A DNA stretch of 64,000 nucleotides from an uncultured Candidatus Rokubacteria bacterium (GTDB lineage Bacteria > Methylomirabilota > Methylomirabilia > Rokubacteriales > DASRDR01), in NCBI GenBank assembly GCA_963805625.1, contig CAWDVE010000010.1, forward strand, positions 1,088,001 to 1,152,000, read 5' to 3'. Below are positions 18,215 through 28,047 of this stretch, piece after piece. Numbering within the stretch: the first letter of the stretch is position 1; every line of letters begins with the position of its first letter. A model generated the notes under the pieces. That model made no database searches and was not told the DNA's origin. It was given only the letters and a program-made list of their open reading frames with translations. The translations under genes and the position numbers were made by a program.

Positions 18215-19450
18215 GTGGCGCCCGTGCCCGGCCGAACCGTGGTCGCGTGGCTGCTCTACGACTTCGCCAACTCGGCCTACGTGGCCGTGATCCCCGGTAC
18301 CGTCTACTCGAAGTACTACGCCCTTGCCGTCGTCGGGAACGAGCACGGCGAGGGCGACTTCTGGTGGGGTCTCTCCGTGACGATCTCCATGGTGATCGTC
18401 GCTCTCGCCTCCCCGCCGCTCGGCGCCATCGCCGATCACGCCGGGGTCCGGAAGCGGTTCCTCGGACTCCTGACCTATCTCTCGGTGGGGGCGACGGCCC
18501 TCATGGCCACGGTGAAGCCGGGTGACGTGGTGTGGGGCCTCCTGCTCGCCGTCGTCGGGACGGTGGGCTTCGAGGCCGCCATCGTCTATTACAACGCGTA
18601 TCTCCCTGACCTGGCCGACGCGTCGTGGCGGGGCCGGCTCTCCGCGTACGGGTTCGCCACGGGCTACGCGGGCTCGGCCCTCGCGCTGGCGGCCGCCCTG
18701 CCCTTCGCGCTCGGGGGCTGGTATGGCGGCGCCTTCCTGACGGCCGCGGCGCTCTTCGGCCTCTTCGCCCTGCCCGCCATGCTCTTCCTGCCGCCAGATC
18801 GGCCCGGAAGCCTCTCGCTCGGCGGCGCCGTCCGCATCGGCTTCACCGAGTCCCGCGACGCCCTCCGGCGGATCCTCCGGCTCCCCAACCTGCGAGGCTT
18901 CCTCCTCGCGTACCTCTTCTTCGAGGACGGGACCAACACGGTCGTGTACTTCTCATCGGTGTTCGCCGGTCACACCCTCGGCTTCGCCACCGCCGAGGTG
19001 ATCGGCCTCTACTTCGTGGTCCAACTCTCGGCCCTGGCCGGCGCGTGGCTCTGGGCGCGGCCGATCGACAGGTGGGGGCCGAAGGTCGTGGTGATGACCA
19101 CGCTCGTCCAGTGGTGCCTCGTCGTGCTGGCCGCGTACTTCGTGACGACGAAGGGCCAGTTCTACGTGGTGGCGATCTTCGCGGGGAGCGGGCTTGGGGC
19201 CATCCAGGCCGCGTCGCGCACCTTCATGGCGAGCCTGATCCCGAAGGGGCAGGAGGCTTCGCTCTTCGGCTTCTACTCGCTCTGCGGCAAGACGGCCGCG
19301 GTGATGGGCCCGGTGATCTTCGGGACCGCGTCCCTCCTCACGGGCGGGAACCAGCGCGTGGCGATCCTCGCAGTCGGCCTGATGTTCGTCGCCGGCCTGA
19401 TCCTGCTCGCTCGCGTCCGGGCCGGCGGCCCGGCGCCCGCGCCGGCCTGA
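18215..19450 (+). CDS. MFS transporter, UMF1/Atg22-like
   Basis: AWLLYDFANSAY, LGAIAD, YYNAYLP, FGFYSLCGK. GTG sits 7 nt after TATCCT, a leaderless-type arrangement. Confidence 0.88.
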   Translation: MAPVPGRTVVAWLLYDFANSAYVAVIPGTVYSKYYALAVVGNEHGEGDFWWGLSVTISMVIVALASPPLGAIADHAGVRKRFLGLLTYLSVGATALMATVKPGDVVWGLLLAVVGTVGFEAAIVYYNAYLPDLADASWRGRLSAYGFATGYAGSALALAAALPFALGGWYGGAFLTAAALFGLFALPAMLFLPPDRPGSLSLGGAVRIGFTESRDALRRILRLPNLRGFLLAYLFFEDGTNTVVYFSSVFAGHTLGFATAEVIGLYFVVQLSALAGAWLWARPIDRWGPKVVVMTTLVQWCLVVLAAYFVTTKGQFYVVAIFAGSGLGAIQAASRTFMASLIPKGQEASLFGFYSLCGKTAAVMGPVIFGTASLLTGGNQRVAILAVGLMFVAGLILLARVRAGGPAPAPA

Positions 19451-19472
19451 GGGCGCGGTCGGGGGATTCCGC

Positions 19473-21914
19473 TCAGGCGCGGATCCGGGCGCCCTGCGGA
19501 TCGTACAGCACGTCGGGGGCGACCTCGGCGGGCACTCGCTCTCCGAAGACCTCGACCTCGAGCGGCGTGCCCACGGCCCCGGCGAGGTCGACCGGCAAGT
19601 ACACGAGACCGATGTTGCGGCCCACCGTGTAGCCGTAGCCGCCGCTCCGGAGCCGTCCCAGCACCTGGCCGTCCTTCCACACCGCCTCCCCGCCGTAGAT
19701 CGTCGACGCGGGGTCGACCGTCACCGTCGCGAGCCGACGCGTGACGCCCGCGGCCTTGACCCCGAGCAGCGCCTCGCGCCCGATGAAGTCGCCCTTCCCC
19801 AGCCGGACGCAGAAGCCGAGGCCGGCCTCGTAGGGGTTGTCCGACGGCGTGATGTCAGCGCTCCAGTAGCGATACCCCTTCTCGAGCCGGAGCGAGTCGA
19901 GAGCCTTGTAGCCCACTGGCGCGACGCCCTCGGGCCGGCCGGCCTCGAGGAGCGCGTCCCACACGCCGCACGCTCTCGCGGCCGGCACGTAGAGCTCCCA
20001 GCCGAGCTCCCCGACGTAGGTCACCCGCTGGGCCCAGACGTCAGCCGGACCGATGCGGATCGAGCGCGCAACGAGATACGGGAACGCGGCGTTCGACACG
20101 TCGTCTCGACTCACGCCCGCGAGGACGCGCCGGGCGGCCGGGCCCCACAGCCCGATCACCGCCAGCTCGTCGGTCGCCTCGCGGACCTCGACAGAGCCGT
20201 CACGCGGCAGGTGCATGCGGATCCAGCCGAGGTCGCCCGGGACGAACCCCGATCCCGTCACCACGCGGAAGCGCTCGTCGGCCAGCCGGATAACGGTGAC
20301 GTCCGCCTCGATTCCCCCGCGCGAGTTGAGGAACTGCGTGTAGACGACGCTGCCGGGCGGCTTCCCGATTTCGTTGTCAGCGAGGTGCTGGAGGAGCGGC
20401 AGCGCACCCGGCCCCCGGACGTCGATCTTCCCGAACGAGGTCATGTCGAGCAGGCCGACGCGCTCCCGCACGACGCGGTGCTCCTCGCCCACCCGGTCGA
20501 AGAAGGCGGGGCGCCCCCATCCCCACGCGCGCTGGTCCGCCCCGGCGCGCCGGCCGGGCCGGCCCGGCTCGAAGTAGAGGACGCGCTCCCAGCCGTTCTT
20601 CTCGCCGAACACGCCCCCGAGCGCCAGGCACCGTCCGTCGAGCGGCGAGAGGCGCCGCTCCCGCACCGACTCGTTCTCGTCATGAGGATAGCGGAGCATG
20701 TAGTAGTAGCGGTAGGACTCGCGCGCCCGCTCGGCCGCGTACGCACGGTCCTCGTACACCGGACCGAAGCGCCGCACGTTCATCTCGCTGACGTCGTAGG
20801 GAGGCTCTCCCTCCACGAGCCACTCCGCGATGATGTCGCCGATCGCGGCACCCGCGCCGAAGCCCGTGTGGGAGAGCCCGGCCGCGGCCCAGAAGCCGGG
20901 CACGCCGGGCACCGGTCCCAGCAGGGGCCGGCTGTCCGGGGTGATGCCCTCCGGCCCGTTCGTGAGGTGGGCCATCTCCGCCCGGCCCAGGACAGGGACG
21001 CGCCGGATCGCGCCCTCCATGATCTCGCCGAAGAGCTCCCAGTCTGACGGGAGGAGCCGCTGGGTGAAATCCCACGGCACGCCGTCCACCGACCAGGCCA
21101 CCGGCTCTCGCTCAAAGCCCCCGATCAGGAATCCGCCGACCTCTTCGCGGAGGTAGACCAGATTCTCCGGATCGCGGAGGCAGGGAGTCGCCCGCGGCAG
21201 CTCGTGCCCTGGGATTGGCTTGGTGGCCAGGTGCTGGTGGACGAGGGGCGTGATCGGCAGACTCACGCCCGCCATCGCGGCCACCTGGCGGCCCCACATC
21301 CCGGCCGCGTTGATCACCATCTCCGCGCGCACCCGGCCGCGGTCGGTGACGACGGCCGCGACGGCGCCGTCCCGCGAGCGCTCGATGTCCGTCACGCGGA
21401 CTCCGGTCTCGATCGTCACCCCGAGCGCCCGGGCGCGCCGTGCGAGCTCGGTCGTCGCCCCGCTCGGGTCGATCCACCCGTCCCCAGGCAGGTACATGGC
21501 CCCGTGGAGGTCGTCGGGGGACATGAGCGGGAACAGCTGAAGGGCCTCGGCGGGCGAGATGGTGTCGACGTCGAGGCCGAGGGCGCGCGCCGTCCCGACC
21601 TGCCGCCGCAGGAAGAGCCACTGGTCCCGGCTCGAGGCGACCCGCAGGCTCCCGACCTCGTGCCAGTGCTCGGGTGAGCCCGGCTCCGTCTGGAGGCTCC
21701 GGTAGAGGCGGATCGAGTACTGCCGCATGCGCATGATCGTCGGGGAGGTGTGGAAGTGCGTCACCATCCCCGCGGCGTGCCACGTCGACCCGCTCGTGAG
21801 CTCGCCCTTGTCGAGGAGCAGCACGTCGGTCCACCCCTTGCGCGCCAGGTGGTAGGCGATGCTGCAGCCGGCAATGCCGCCGCCGATGATGACGACCCGC
21901 GCCTGGTCTCTCAC
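19473..21914 (-). CDS. FAD-dependent oxidoreductase with GcvT-like domains (dimethylglycine/sarcosine dehydrogenase family)
   Basis: IIGGGIAG, SGSTWHAAG, NGPEGITPD, GEKNGWER, TYVGELGWEL, SLRLEKGY, YDPQGARIR. GTG 21914 follows GGGGAGG. Confidence 0.92.
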   Translation of the reverse strand: MRDQARVVIIGGGIAGCSIAYHLARKGWTDVLLLDKGELTSGSTWHAAGMVTHFHTSPTIMRMRQYSIRLYRSLQTEPGSPEHWHEVGSLRVASSRDQWLFLRRQVGTARALGLDVDTISPAEALQLFPLMSPDDLHGAMYLPGDGWIDPSGATTELARRARALGVTIETGVRVTDIERSRDGAVAAVVTDRGRVRAEMVINAAGMWGRQVAAMAGVSLPITPLVHQHLATKPIPGHELPRATPCLRDPENLVYLREEVGGFLIGGFEREPVAWSVDGVPWDFTQRLLPSDWELFGEIMEGAIRRVPVLGRAEMAHLTNGPEGITPDSRPLLGPVPGVPGFWAAAGLSHTGFGAGAAIGDIIAEWLVEGEPPYDVSEMNVRRFGPVYEDRAYAAERARESYRYYYMLRYPHDENESVRERRLSPLDGRCLALGGVFGEKNGWERVLYFEPGRPGRRAGADQRAWGWGRPAFFDRVGEEHRVVRERVGLLDMTSFGKIDVRGPGALPLLQHLADNEIGKPPGSVVYTQFLNSRGGIEADVTVIRLADERFRVVTGSGFVPGDLGWIRMHLPRDGSVEVREATDELAVIGLWGPAARRVLAGVSRDDVSNAAFPYLVARSIRIGPADVWAQRVTYVGELGWELYVPAARACGVWDALLEAGRPEGVAPVGYKALDSLRLEKGYRYWSADITPSDNPYEAGLGFCVRLGKGDFIGREALLGVKAAGVTRRLATVTVDPASTIYGGEAVWKDGQVLGRLRSGGYGYTVGRNIGLVYLPVDLAGAVGTPLEVEVFGERVPAEVAPDVLYDPQGARIRA

Positions 21915-21954
21915 TGGCCTCCCCGCGCCCGCATGGCGAGCGGACGACCGCTCC

Positions 21955-21983
21955 ATTCTTCCCACGCGGGCTCAGCCCGTCAA
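21955..21983 (-). promoter_or_regulatory. Sigma-70-like promoter with a palindrome in the spacer
   Basis: TTGACG-N17-AAGAAT; CGGGCT-c-AGCCCG at 21967-21979 overlaps the spacer and -35. Confidence 0.55.
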
Positions 21984-22444
21984 TGCGGAAGGACCGCGGA
22001 AACGGTGAGCGCTACCCAGCGACGGCCCGGTGAGGTGCGGAGCATGCCCGAGATCTGCCCGGACCGCGTAGGCGACGTCGAGAGCCTGCCGGCACAATTG
22101 GTTCGCTGTCCGATCCGCCGGGCGCTCACCGACGGCCTGCCTCCCCACTCCTCTACCTTCTGGGCTCCTGCTCGGAGCGGATGACAGGTATCTGGCACAG
22201 ACCTCCTCGCCGAGATGTCCGGCTACCGCCACGGCTGAAAGTTCACCGGGAGGCTCGCCGACCTGGCGCTGCCCACCCACAGGCTCGGCGACGCCATGGT
22301 TCGCTTCTATAGCCGCCCCACCAACGCGGAGACTGAAAGGGAGCGACGCAGGCGTCCGTCTGCTGGTCACACGGTAATCGCCATGGAGAGGATAACGACA
22401 TATTCTCGGTCCATGGGAGCCAGGGGAACTGGGAGGGCTGGGCG

Positions 22445-23239
22445 ATGATCCCGCGTGTGCTCGTGGTGGGAGCCCTGCTGGCTGCCTGGGTGACCGCCCA
22501 GCTCGGGGGTCCCGCGCTTCCGGGCTCCGCGAGCTCGGTGGCCCCACCCGCCCGACAGGTGCGATGGGAGGTCGTCCGCAGCTCCCCCCATGACCCCGAC
22601 GCCTTCGTCCAGGGACTCGTGTGGCACGACGGGGGGTTCTTCGAGAGCACGGGCCTCCTCGGTCGGTCGACGCTCCGCCGGGTCGAGTGGCCGAGCGGTC
22701 GGGTGCTGCGAAAGGTGGCGCTACCGCCGGACGTGTTCGGTGAAGGTCTCGCCCGGGTCGGCAACCGACTGGTCCAGCTCACGTGGCGATCCGGGCGGGG
22801 GTTCGTCTACGACCTGGCGACCTTTCGACTGCTCCACGAGTTTCGTTACGAGGGCGAAGGATGGGGGCTCACTCATGACGGCAGGAGTCTCATCCTGAGC
22901 GATGGAAGCGACGTCCTCACCTACCTCGACCCTCAGCGCTTCGTCTCGACCCGGAAGCTCGCCGTCACCTGGAACGGTCGACCGGTGCATCGGCTGAACG
23001 AGCTCGAGTTCATCGATGGCGAGGTGTGGGCCAACGTGTGGCACACCGATGTCATCGTCCGGATCGATCCGGCATCGGGTCGGGTCTCGTCCTTTCTCGA
23101 CATGTCCGGGCTCCTGCCAGAGGACCGGCGCCCCGAGGGTGGGGCGGTGCTCAACGGCATCGCCTACGACCCGGCCACGCGGCGGGTGTTCGTCACCGGC
23201 AAGCTCTGGCCTCTCCTCTTCGAGATCCGCGTCCGCTGA
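22445..23239 (+). CDS. Glutaminyl-peptide cyclotransferase (type I, beta-propeller), secreted
   Basis: Signal peptide; HDPDAFVQGL, ESTG, FGEG, QLTW, EGWGL, LNELE, VLNGIAYD, TGKLWP. Confidence 0.92.
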   Translation: MIPRVLVVGALLAAWVTAQLGGPALPGSASSVAPPARQVRWEVVRSSPHDPDAFVQGLVWHDGGFFESTGLLGRSTLRRVEWPSGRVLRKVALPPDVFGEGLARVGNRLVQLTWRSGRGFVYDLATFRLLHEFRYEGEGWGLTHDGRSLILSDGSDVLTYLDPQRFVSTRKLAVTWNGRPVHRLNELEFIDGEVWANVWHTDVIVRIDPASGRVSSFLDMSGLLPEDRRPEGGAVLNGIAYDPATRRVFVTGKLWPLLFEIRVR

Positions 23240-23334
23240 CCGGATCTCCGGCCGCCCCAGCGGGCAGCGTGGCGCGAGAAGGACGGCCCTCCCCACTCCT
23301 GGGCTGAGGCCACGACGCGCCTCCGGCGCCAGGC

Positions 23335-23463
23335 CTAGGCGACGACCGGCATCGGCAGGTACACGGCCGCGACGGTGAGGAGGCCGGCCGCGATCGGGCG
23401 CTGGAGGAAGATACCGTAGTCGCTGCGAGAGATGATCACCGCACGGCGGAAGGCCCGCTGCTC
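23335..23463 (-). pseudogene. C-terminal remnant of a TctA tripartite tricarboxylate transporter permease
   Basis: Manual translation EQRAFRRAVIISRSDYGIFLQRPIAAGLLTVAAVYL...TAG matches the typical TctA terminus; it abuts the stop of the ABC permease. Confidence 0.6.
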
Positions 23464-25186
23464 ACCGTCGCCGCCACGCCTGGGTCCGTCGCTCGAGCCA
23501 CCGCGCGAGCACCGCGTGTATCGCGCGGGCGCCCACGTTCGTGTAGAAGATCATCATTGCCATCGCCGCCGCCGCCGCGACGTCCCCCGTGTCGTCCATG
23601 TTCAGGACCGAGACCGATGCTAGCTCCGTGCTGGGCCCGTACAGGAACACCACTCCGGACACGGTCGCCATGGCGTTCACGAACAGGTACATGCCCGTGT
23701 CGAGGATGGCGGGCAGGCACACCGGCACGGTGACCTTCCAGAACGTACGATATACGGGCTGCCGCAGCGACATCGCCACGGTCTCGAACTCGGGGTCCAT
23801 CTGCTTGAGCGCGGTCAGCGCCGTGAGGTGCGCCACCGTGTAGAAGTGGACGACGGTATTGATGACGAGGATGGCCATCGTCCGGTAGAGGCCATTGAGC
23901 GGGTTCCGGGGGTCATTGAAGAAGAAGATGTAGGCGAGGCCGAGCACCATGCCCGGCACGGCCATGGGCAGCATGGCGAGGAACTGGAAGCCCGTCCGTC
24001 CCCACCGGAACCCCCGCCCCTTCTCCACGACGTAGGCGCCCACGAACACGACCACGATTCCCACCACCGCGGTCAAGAGCCCGAGGCGGATGGAGTTGTA
24101 GTAGGACAGCCAGCCCCCACCACCCTTCCGGTCGAAGTCGTAGTTGGCGAGCGTCAGCGACAGGTTGTAGGGCCAGAACTTCACGAGGGCGCCAAACTGC
24201 GAGATCGCGATGAGTCCCACCAGGAAGAGGCCGATGACCGTGCAGCAGGCCAGCATGGCGCCGTCGAACGCCGGGTTCGGCTTGGGGACGTAGGGCACGG
24301 CCCGAACGGTCAGGAGGGCGACCTGCCGCCGCTGGACGAGCCGGTCGACCAGGAAGGCACAGCCCGCGGGCAATAGGAGCAGCACGCTCACCACGGCACC
24401 CATCTCGAAGTTCTGCTGACCGATCACCTGCTTGTAGACGTCCGTGGCGAGAACGTTGTACTGCCCACCGATGACCTTGGGCGCCCCGAAATCCGTGATG
24501 ACCATCACGAAGACCACGAACATGGCGCTGATGAGACCGTAGCGCGCGCCCGGCAGGGTCACCGTGAAGAAGATGCGGCGCCGGGTCGCCCGCAGGGCGA
24601 CGGCGGCCTCGTACAGCCGGGCGTCCGCCAGCGACAGCGCCGTGACGATGATCAGGAGCGCGTGCGGAAAGGTGAAGAAGACCTCCGACATCACGATTCC
24701 GATGGGGCCGTAGATCGAGTGGCCCAGCAGAAAACCCTTGACCAGGCCCTGGTTGCCGAAGAGGTAGACCAGGGCCAGCCCAGGCAGGAGCGACGGGACG
24801 AGGATGGGTATCAGGGCCACCGTCTTGAACAGGGGCTTCCAGGGCAGGCAGCTTCGTGTCAGCGCGTACGCGTAGAGGAAGGCGAGCGGCACCGTGATGG
24901 CGGTGCTCAGGAGCGCGACGAAAAGGCTGTTGCTGATCGACTGGGCGAGCGCGGGAGTCTCGAAGTAGCGCGCGTAGTTCGCGAGGCCGACGAACGCCCC
25001 GTTCGGATCCTCGACGCTCTTGGCGAGCATGATACCCAACGGCAACGCCAGGGTCACGACGAGGTAGAGGCCGATCAGCGCGAGGAGCCCGCGCATGAGC
25101 CAGTCGTCGCGCGAGGCTCGCTGCTTGACGACGGCGGCGGGCACCCCGGTAGGGCCGACGGCCGTCGCCGCGCTCACTTGAGCCAC
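23462..25186 (-). CDS. Putative 2-aminoethylphosphonate-type ABC permease (double TM domain)
   Basis: Two permease repeats; DARLYEAA, TDFGAPKVIGGQYNVLATDVYKQVIGQQNF, TQAWR terminus. Confidence 0.85.
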   Translation of the reverse strand: MAQVSAATAVGPTGVPAAVVKQRASRDDWLMRGLLALIGLYLVVTLALPLGIMLAKSVEDPNGAFVGLANYARYFETPALAQSISNSLFVALLSTAITVPLAFLYAYALTRSCLPWKPLFKTVALIPILVPSLLPGLALVYLFGNQGLVKGFLLGHSIYGPIGIVMSEVFFTFPHALLIIVTALSLADARLYEAAVALRATRRRIFFTVTLPGARYGLISAMFVVFVMVITDFGAPKVIGGQYNVLATDVYKQVIGQQNFEMGAVVSVLLLLPAGCAFLVDRLVQRRQVALLTVRAVPYVPKPNPAFDGAMLACCTVIGLFLVGLIAISQFGALVKFWPYNLSLTLANYDFDRKGGGGWLSYYNSIRLGLLTAVVGIVVVFVGAYVVEKGRGFRWGRTGFQFLAMLPMAVPGMVLGLAYIFFFNDPRNPLNGLYRTMAILVINTVVHFYTVAHLTALTALKQMDPEFETVAMSLRQPVYRTFWKVTVPVCLPAILDTGMYLFVNAMATVSGVVFLYGPSTELASVSVLNMDDTGDVAAAAAMAMMIFYTNVGARAIHAVLARWLERRTQAWRRR

Positions 25187-25318
25187 GGCACGGCTCCCCG
25201 TGGGGCTCCCGACATGGCGTCACCATAGCCGAGGCGCGGCGGGCGCCGCAATGGGCCCGCCATCGGCACTGAGTTCGGCCGCCGTCGCCGGTGCGGTGCT
25301 ACAATTCCGGCCCGCAGC

Positions 25319-25825
25319 ATGCGTCCCGTCGGAGCCTCGTGCCAGGCGGTGCGACTCGGCGCGGCGGTGGCGAGCCTCGCCATGGCCACCGCCTTCTACT
25401 GCTGGCCCGTCGTCGGTCCGTCCCCCACTCGCAGCATCACGAGCGACCTCGCCGCCGACACGTATCCCTGGCGCCGATACGTGACGCAGGAGCTGTTCCA
25501 GGGCCGGCTGCCACGCTGTTCGAGGTGGGACGATCCGGATCGTGTCGTGCTGCGGGTGCGCGCCGCCGAGGCCGGTCCGCTCGTGCTGAGCGACACCTAC
25601 TATCGCGGATGGACCGCGACGGTTGACGGGCGACGCACGCCCATCCTCCGCGCGAACCTGCTCTTCCGAATGGTGTGCGTGCCCGCCGGCGATCACGTGG
25701 TCGAGTTCACGTTCCGTCAGCCCAGGTTCCACCTGGGGCTCGGGATCACGGTCGCCACGGCGATCGGCGCACTCCTCATCGTGCTGGGACCCGTCGCGCG
25801 TGACCGGACGGCCTGGCCTGACTGA
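25319..25825 (+). pseudogene. YfhO-family membrane protein with the central region deleted in frame
   Basis: N-terminal DLAADTYPW...GRLP is joined directly to C-terminal LVLSDTYYRGWTATVDG..PILRAN...VPAGDHVVEFTF; only 168 aa. Confidence 0.7.
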
Positions 25826-25848
25826 TGTCCAGGGGAGGTTCTCGACCG

Positions 25849-26763
25849 ATGGATCCGTCGACGATCGCCGGAATCTGGCCAATCCTCTACGCCTTCTTCG
25901 ACACCGGGGGACGGATCGACCGCTCGGCCATGCGGCGACAGATCGACGCCTGCGTGACCGGGCACGCTCACGGCGTCGCGGTGATGGGCCTGGCCACCGA
26001 GGTGGGCAAGCTCGACGTCCGCGAGCGGCGAGAGCTCCTCGAGTGGGTCGCGGAGGACCTCGGGGAGCGGGCGCCCCTCGCGGTCACGGTGGCCGAGCCG
26101 AGCGTTCACGGCCAAGCCGAGATGGCGCGCGCGGCGGAGCGCCTGGGAGCGGGCTGGGTGATCCTCCAGCCGCCCCCGGTGGCCGGGCTTCCGGAGATCG
26201 AGTACGTGCGATTCCTCGGCGCGGTGGCCGACCGGGTCTCGCTGCCCGTCGCGGTCCAGAACGCGCCCGGCTATCTCGGGGTGAGCCTCTCGAACGCCGG
26301 GCTCCGTGAGCTGTCCCGCCAGCACCCGAACGTCTGCCTGCTGAAGGGCGAGGGCCCGGCCGTGGTGATCCGCCGCCTGATCGAGGAGACGCAGGGCGCC
26401 TTCCGTGTCCTGAACGGACGCGGCGGCCTCGAGCTCCCGGACAATCTCCGCGCGGGCTGCGTGGGACTGATCCCCGCCCCGGAGTGCTTCGACGTCCAGG
26501 TCCGGATCTTCGAGCTGATGCAGAGCGGGCAGCCGGCGGACGAGGCGGAGGCGGAGCGGCTCTACCGTGGCATCCTGCCGCTCATCGTCTTCCTGATGCA
26601 GTCGGTCGAGAATTTCCTCTGCTACGGCAAGCGGCTGACGGCGCGCCGCCTCGGGCTCGGCGAAGTGCACGACCGCCCGCCGGCCCTGCCGCCCACCGTG
26701 TTCGGTCTAGCGTCCGCCGAGCGCTACGCCGCGGACCTCGGACCCTACGGCGTCAGACCTTGA
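25849..26763 (+). CDS. DapA/NAL-superfamily lyase (KDA-dehydratase-like residues)
   Basis: ATG after GGAGG; GLATE replaces GTTGE, VQNAP has Gln at the Tyr position, Schiff-base lysine in LLKGE. Confidence 0.85.
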   Translation: MDPSTIAGIWPILYAFFDTGGRIDRSAMRRQIDACVTGHAHGVAVMGLATEVGKLDVRERRELLEWVAEDLGERAPLAVTVAEPSVHGQAEMARAAERLGAGWVILQPPPVAGLPEIEYVRFLGAVADRVSLPVAVQNAPGYLGVSLSNAGLRELSRQHPNVCLLKGEGPAVVIRRLIEETQGAFRVLNGRGGLELPDNLRAGCVGLIPAPECFDVQVRIFELMQSGQPADEAEAERLYRGILPLIVFLMQSVENFLCYGKRLTARRLGLGEVHDRPPALPPTVFGLASAERYAADLGPYGVRP

Positions 26764-26837
26764 TTTCCCGACATCTTGTAGGCGCGCCGAGCCCTCGCAC
26801 GCGGAATTGTCGGGAAGTCGAAGTCTGACCCCACGCC

Positions 26838-27872
26838 TCAGATCGCCCGGAGCCAGGTGTCCGAGAGCGTGTACCCCTCCGGGAACGGATCCTCGGGGTC
26901 GCAGCCGTACTGCCCGATGTCGGTGACCCATCCCCGGCCCGCGACGGTCGTGATCACGGCCGGCTTCCGTCCGACGCGGGTCGTGCCGACGATCTCGGCC
27001 AGGAAGTGACTGCCGATGACGGACTCATGGTCGAACGGCTGCCCCTTGCGGATCTGCCGCCGGGCGTGCATCACGGCCAGCCGGGCGGACGTTCCCGTCC
27101 CGCAGGGCGAGCGGTCCAGCCGGCCCGGCGAGACGACGACCGTGTTCCGCGCCGTCAGGCCACGGCCCTTGCGGCGGAGGGGCCCCATGAACTCGGTGAT
27201 CGTCACGTCCCGGATCTTCGGATTCTCGGGGTGCACGACCCGGAGCTGCTCGCGCGCGGCCTCCCGGATCTTCTCGCCCAGGCCGCAGATGTCACGCGCC
27301 TCGTCCGGCGTGATCCCGAACCCGAGCCGCGCGGCGTCGACGAGCGCGTAGTGCATCCCGCCGTACGCCACGTCCATCGTGACGGTGCCGATGCCATCGA
27401 CCTCGACCATGGCATCGAGGTGCTGGACGAAGGCCGGAACGTTGCGGAACTTCACCTGGAGGACCCGGCCTCCCTCGCAGCGGCAGGTCACCTCGATGAG
27501 CCCCGCCGGAGCTTCGAGGGTGAGCCGCGTCTCCGGCTCCCGCATCGGGAGGATGCCCGTCTCCAGGATCGCGGTCACCGTGCAGATCGTGTTGGAGCCT
27601 GACATCGGCGGATACTCCGTCGACTCCATGATGACGTACCCCAGCGCCGCCTTCGGGTTGCGAGAGGGCAGGATGAGGTTGGCGCTGTGGACGGCCGCGC
27701 CGCGAGGCTCGTAGAGGAGGAACTTCCGCAACCCGTCGTCGTGATGCACCAGCCACTGCATCTTGTCGAACATGGTCCGGCCGGGAACGTCGATGACGCC
27801 GCCCGTCACGACCTTGGCGTACTCCCCCTCCGCGTGTACCCCGACCACGGTCAACGTCCGCTTCCAGCGCAT
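26838..27872 (-). CDS. Proline racemase superfamily protein (Ser/Cys dyad)
   Basis: HAEGE, EPRG, PPMSGSNTIC, DVAYGG, DRSPCGTGTSAR. Confidence 0.92.
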   Translation of the reverse strand: MRWKRTLTVVGVHAEGEYAKVVTGGVIDVPGRTMFDKMQWLVHHDDGLRKFLLYEPRGAAVHSANLILPSRNPKAALGYVIMESTEYPPMSGSNTICTVTAILETGILPMREPETRLTLEAPAGLIEVTCRCEGGRVLQVKFRNVPAFVQHLDAMVEVDGIGTVTMDVAYGGMHYALVDAARLGFGITPDEARDICGLGEKIREAAREQLRVVHPENPKIRDVTITEFMGPLRRKGRGLTARNTVVVSPGRLDRSPCGTGTSARLAVMHARRQIRKGQPFDHESVIGSHFLAEIVGTTRVGRKPAVITTVAGRGWVTDIGQYGCDPEDPFPEGYTLSDTWLRAI

Positions 27873-28047
27873 GAACCCTCCTCGCGCATGTGTGCGCGCG
27901 CTCCGGTCTAGCAGAAGCGCCGCTCCCGCTCAACCCCCTCGGTCAAGGCTTGTCGCCAGCATTCGAGACTCCTATGATGCGGTTCGTGCACCATCGGAAG
28001 CTCCCGGGTGGGGGGCCAGCCCGCTGGGCGCCCTCTCGCGCCGCCTG

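Noticed and set aside
21984-22444. Possible glycine riboswitch or degraded ORF upstream of the GcvT-family gene
   Set aside because: I see no tandem aptamer consensus on the minus strand, and the promoter lies next to the gene. A coding-like stretch with an internal TGA near 22190-22350 could not be assigned. Rfam and BLASTX searches would settle it.
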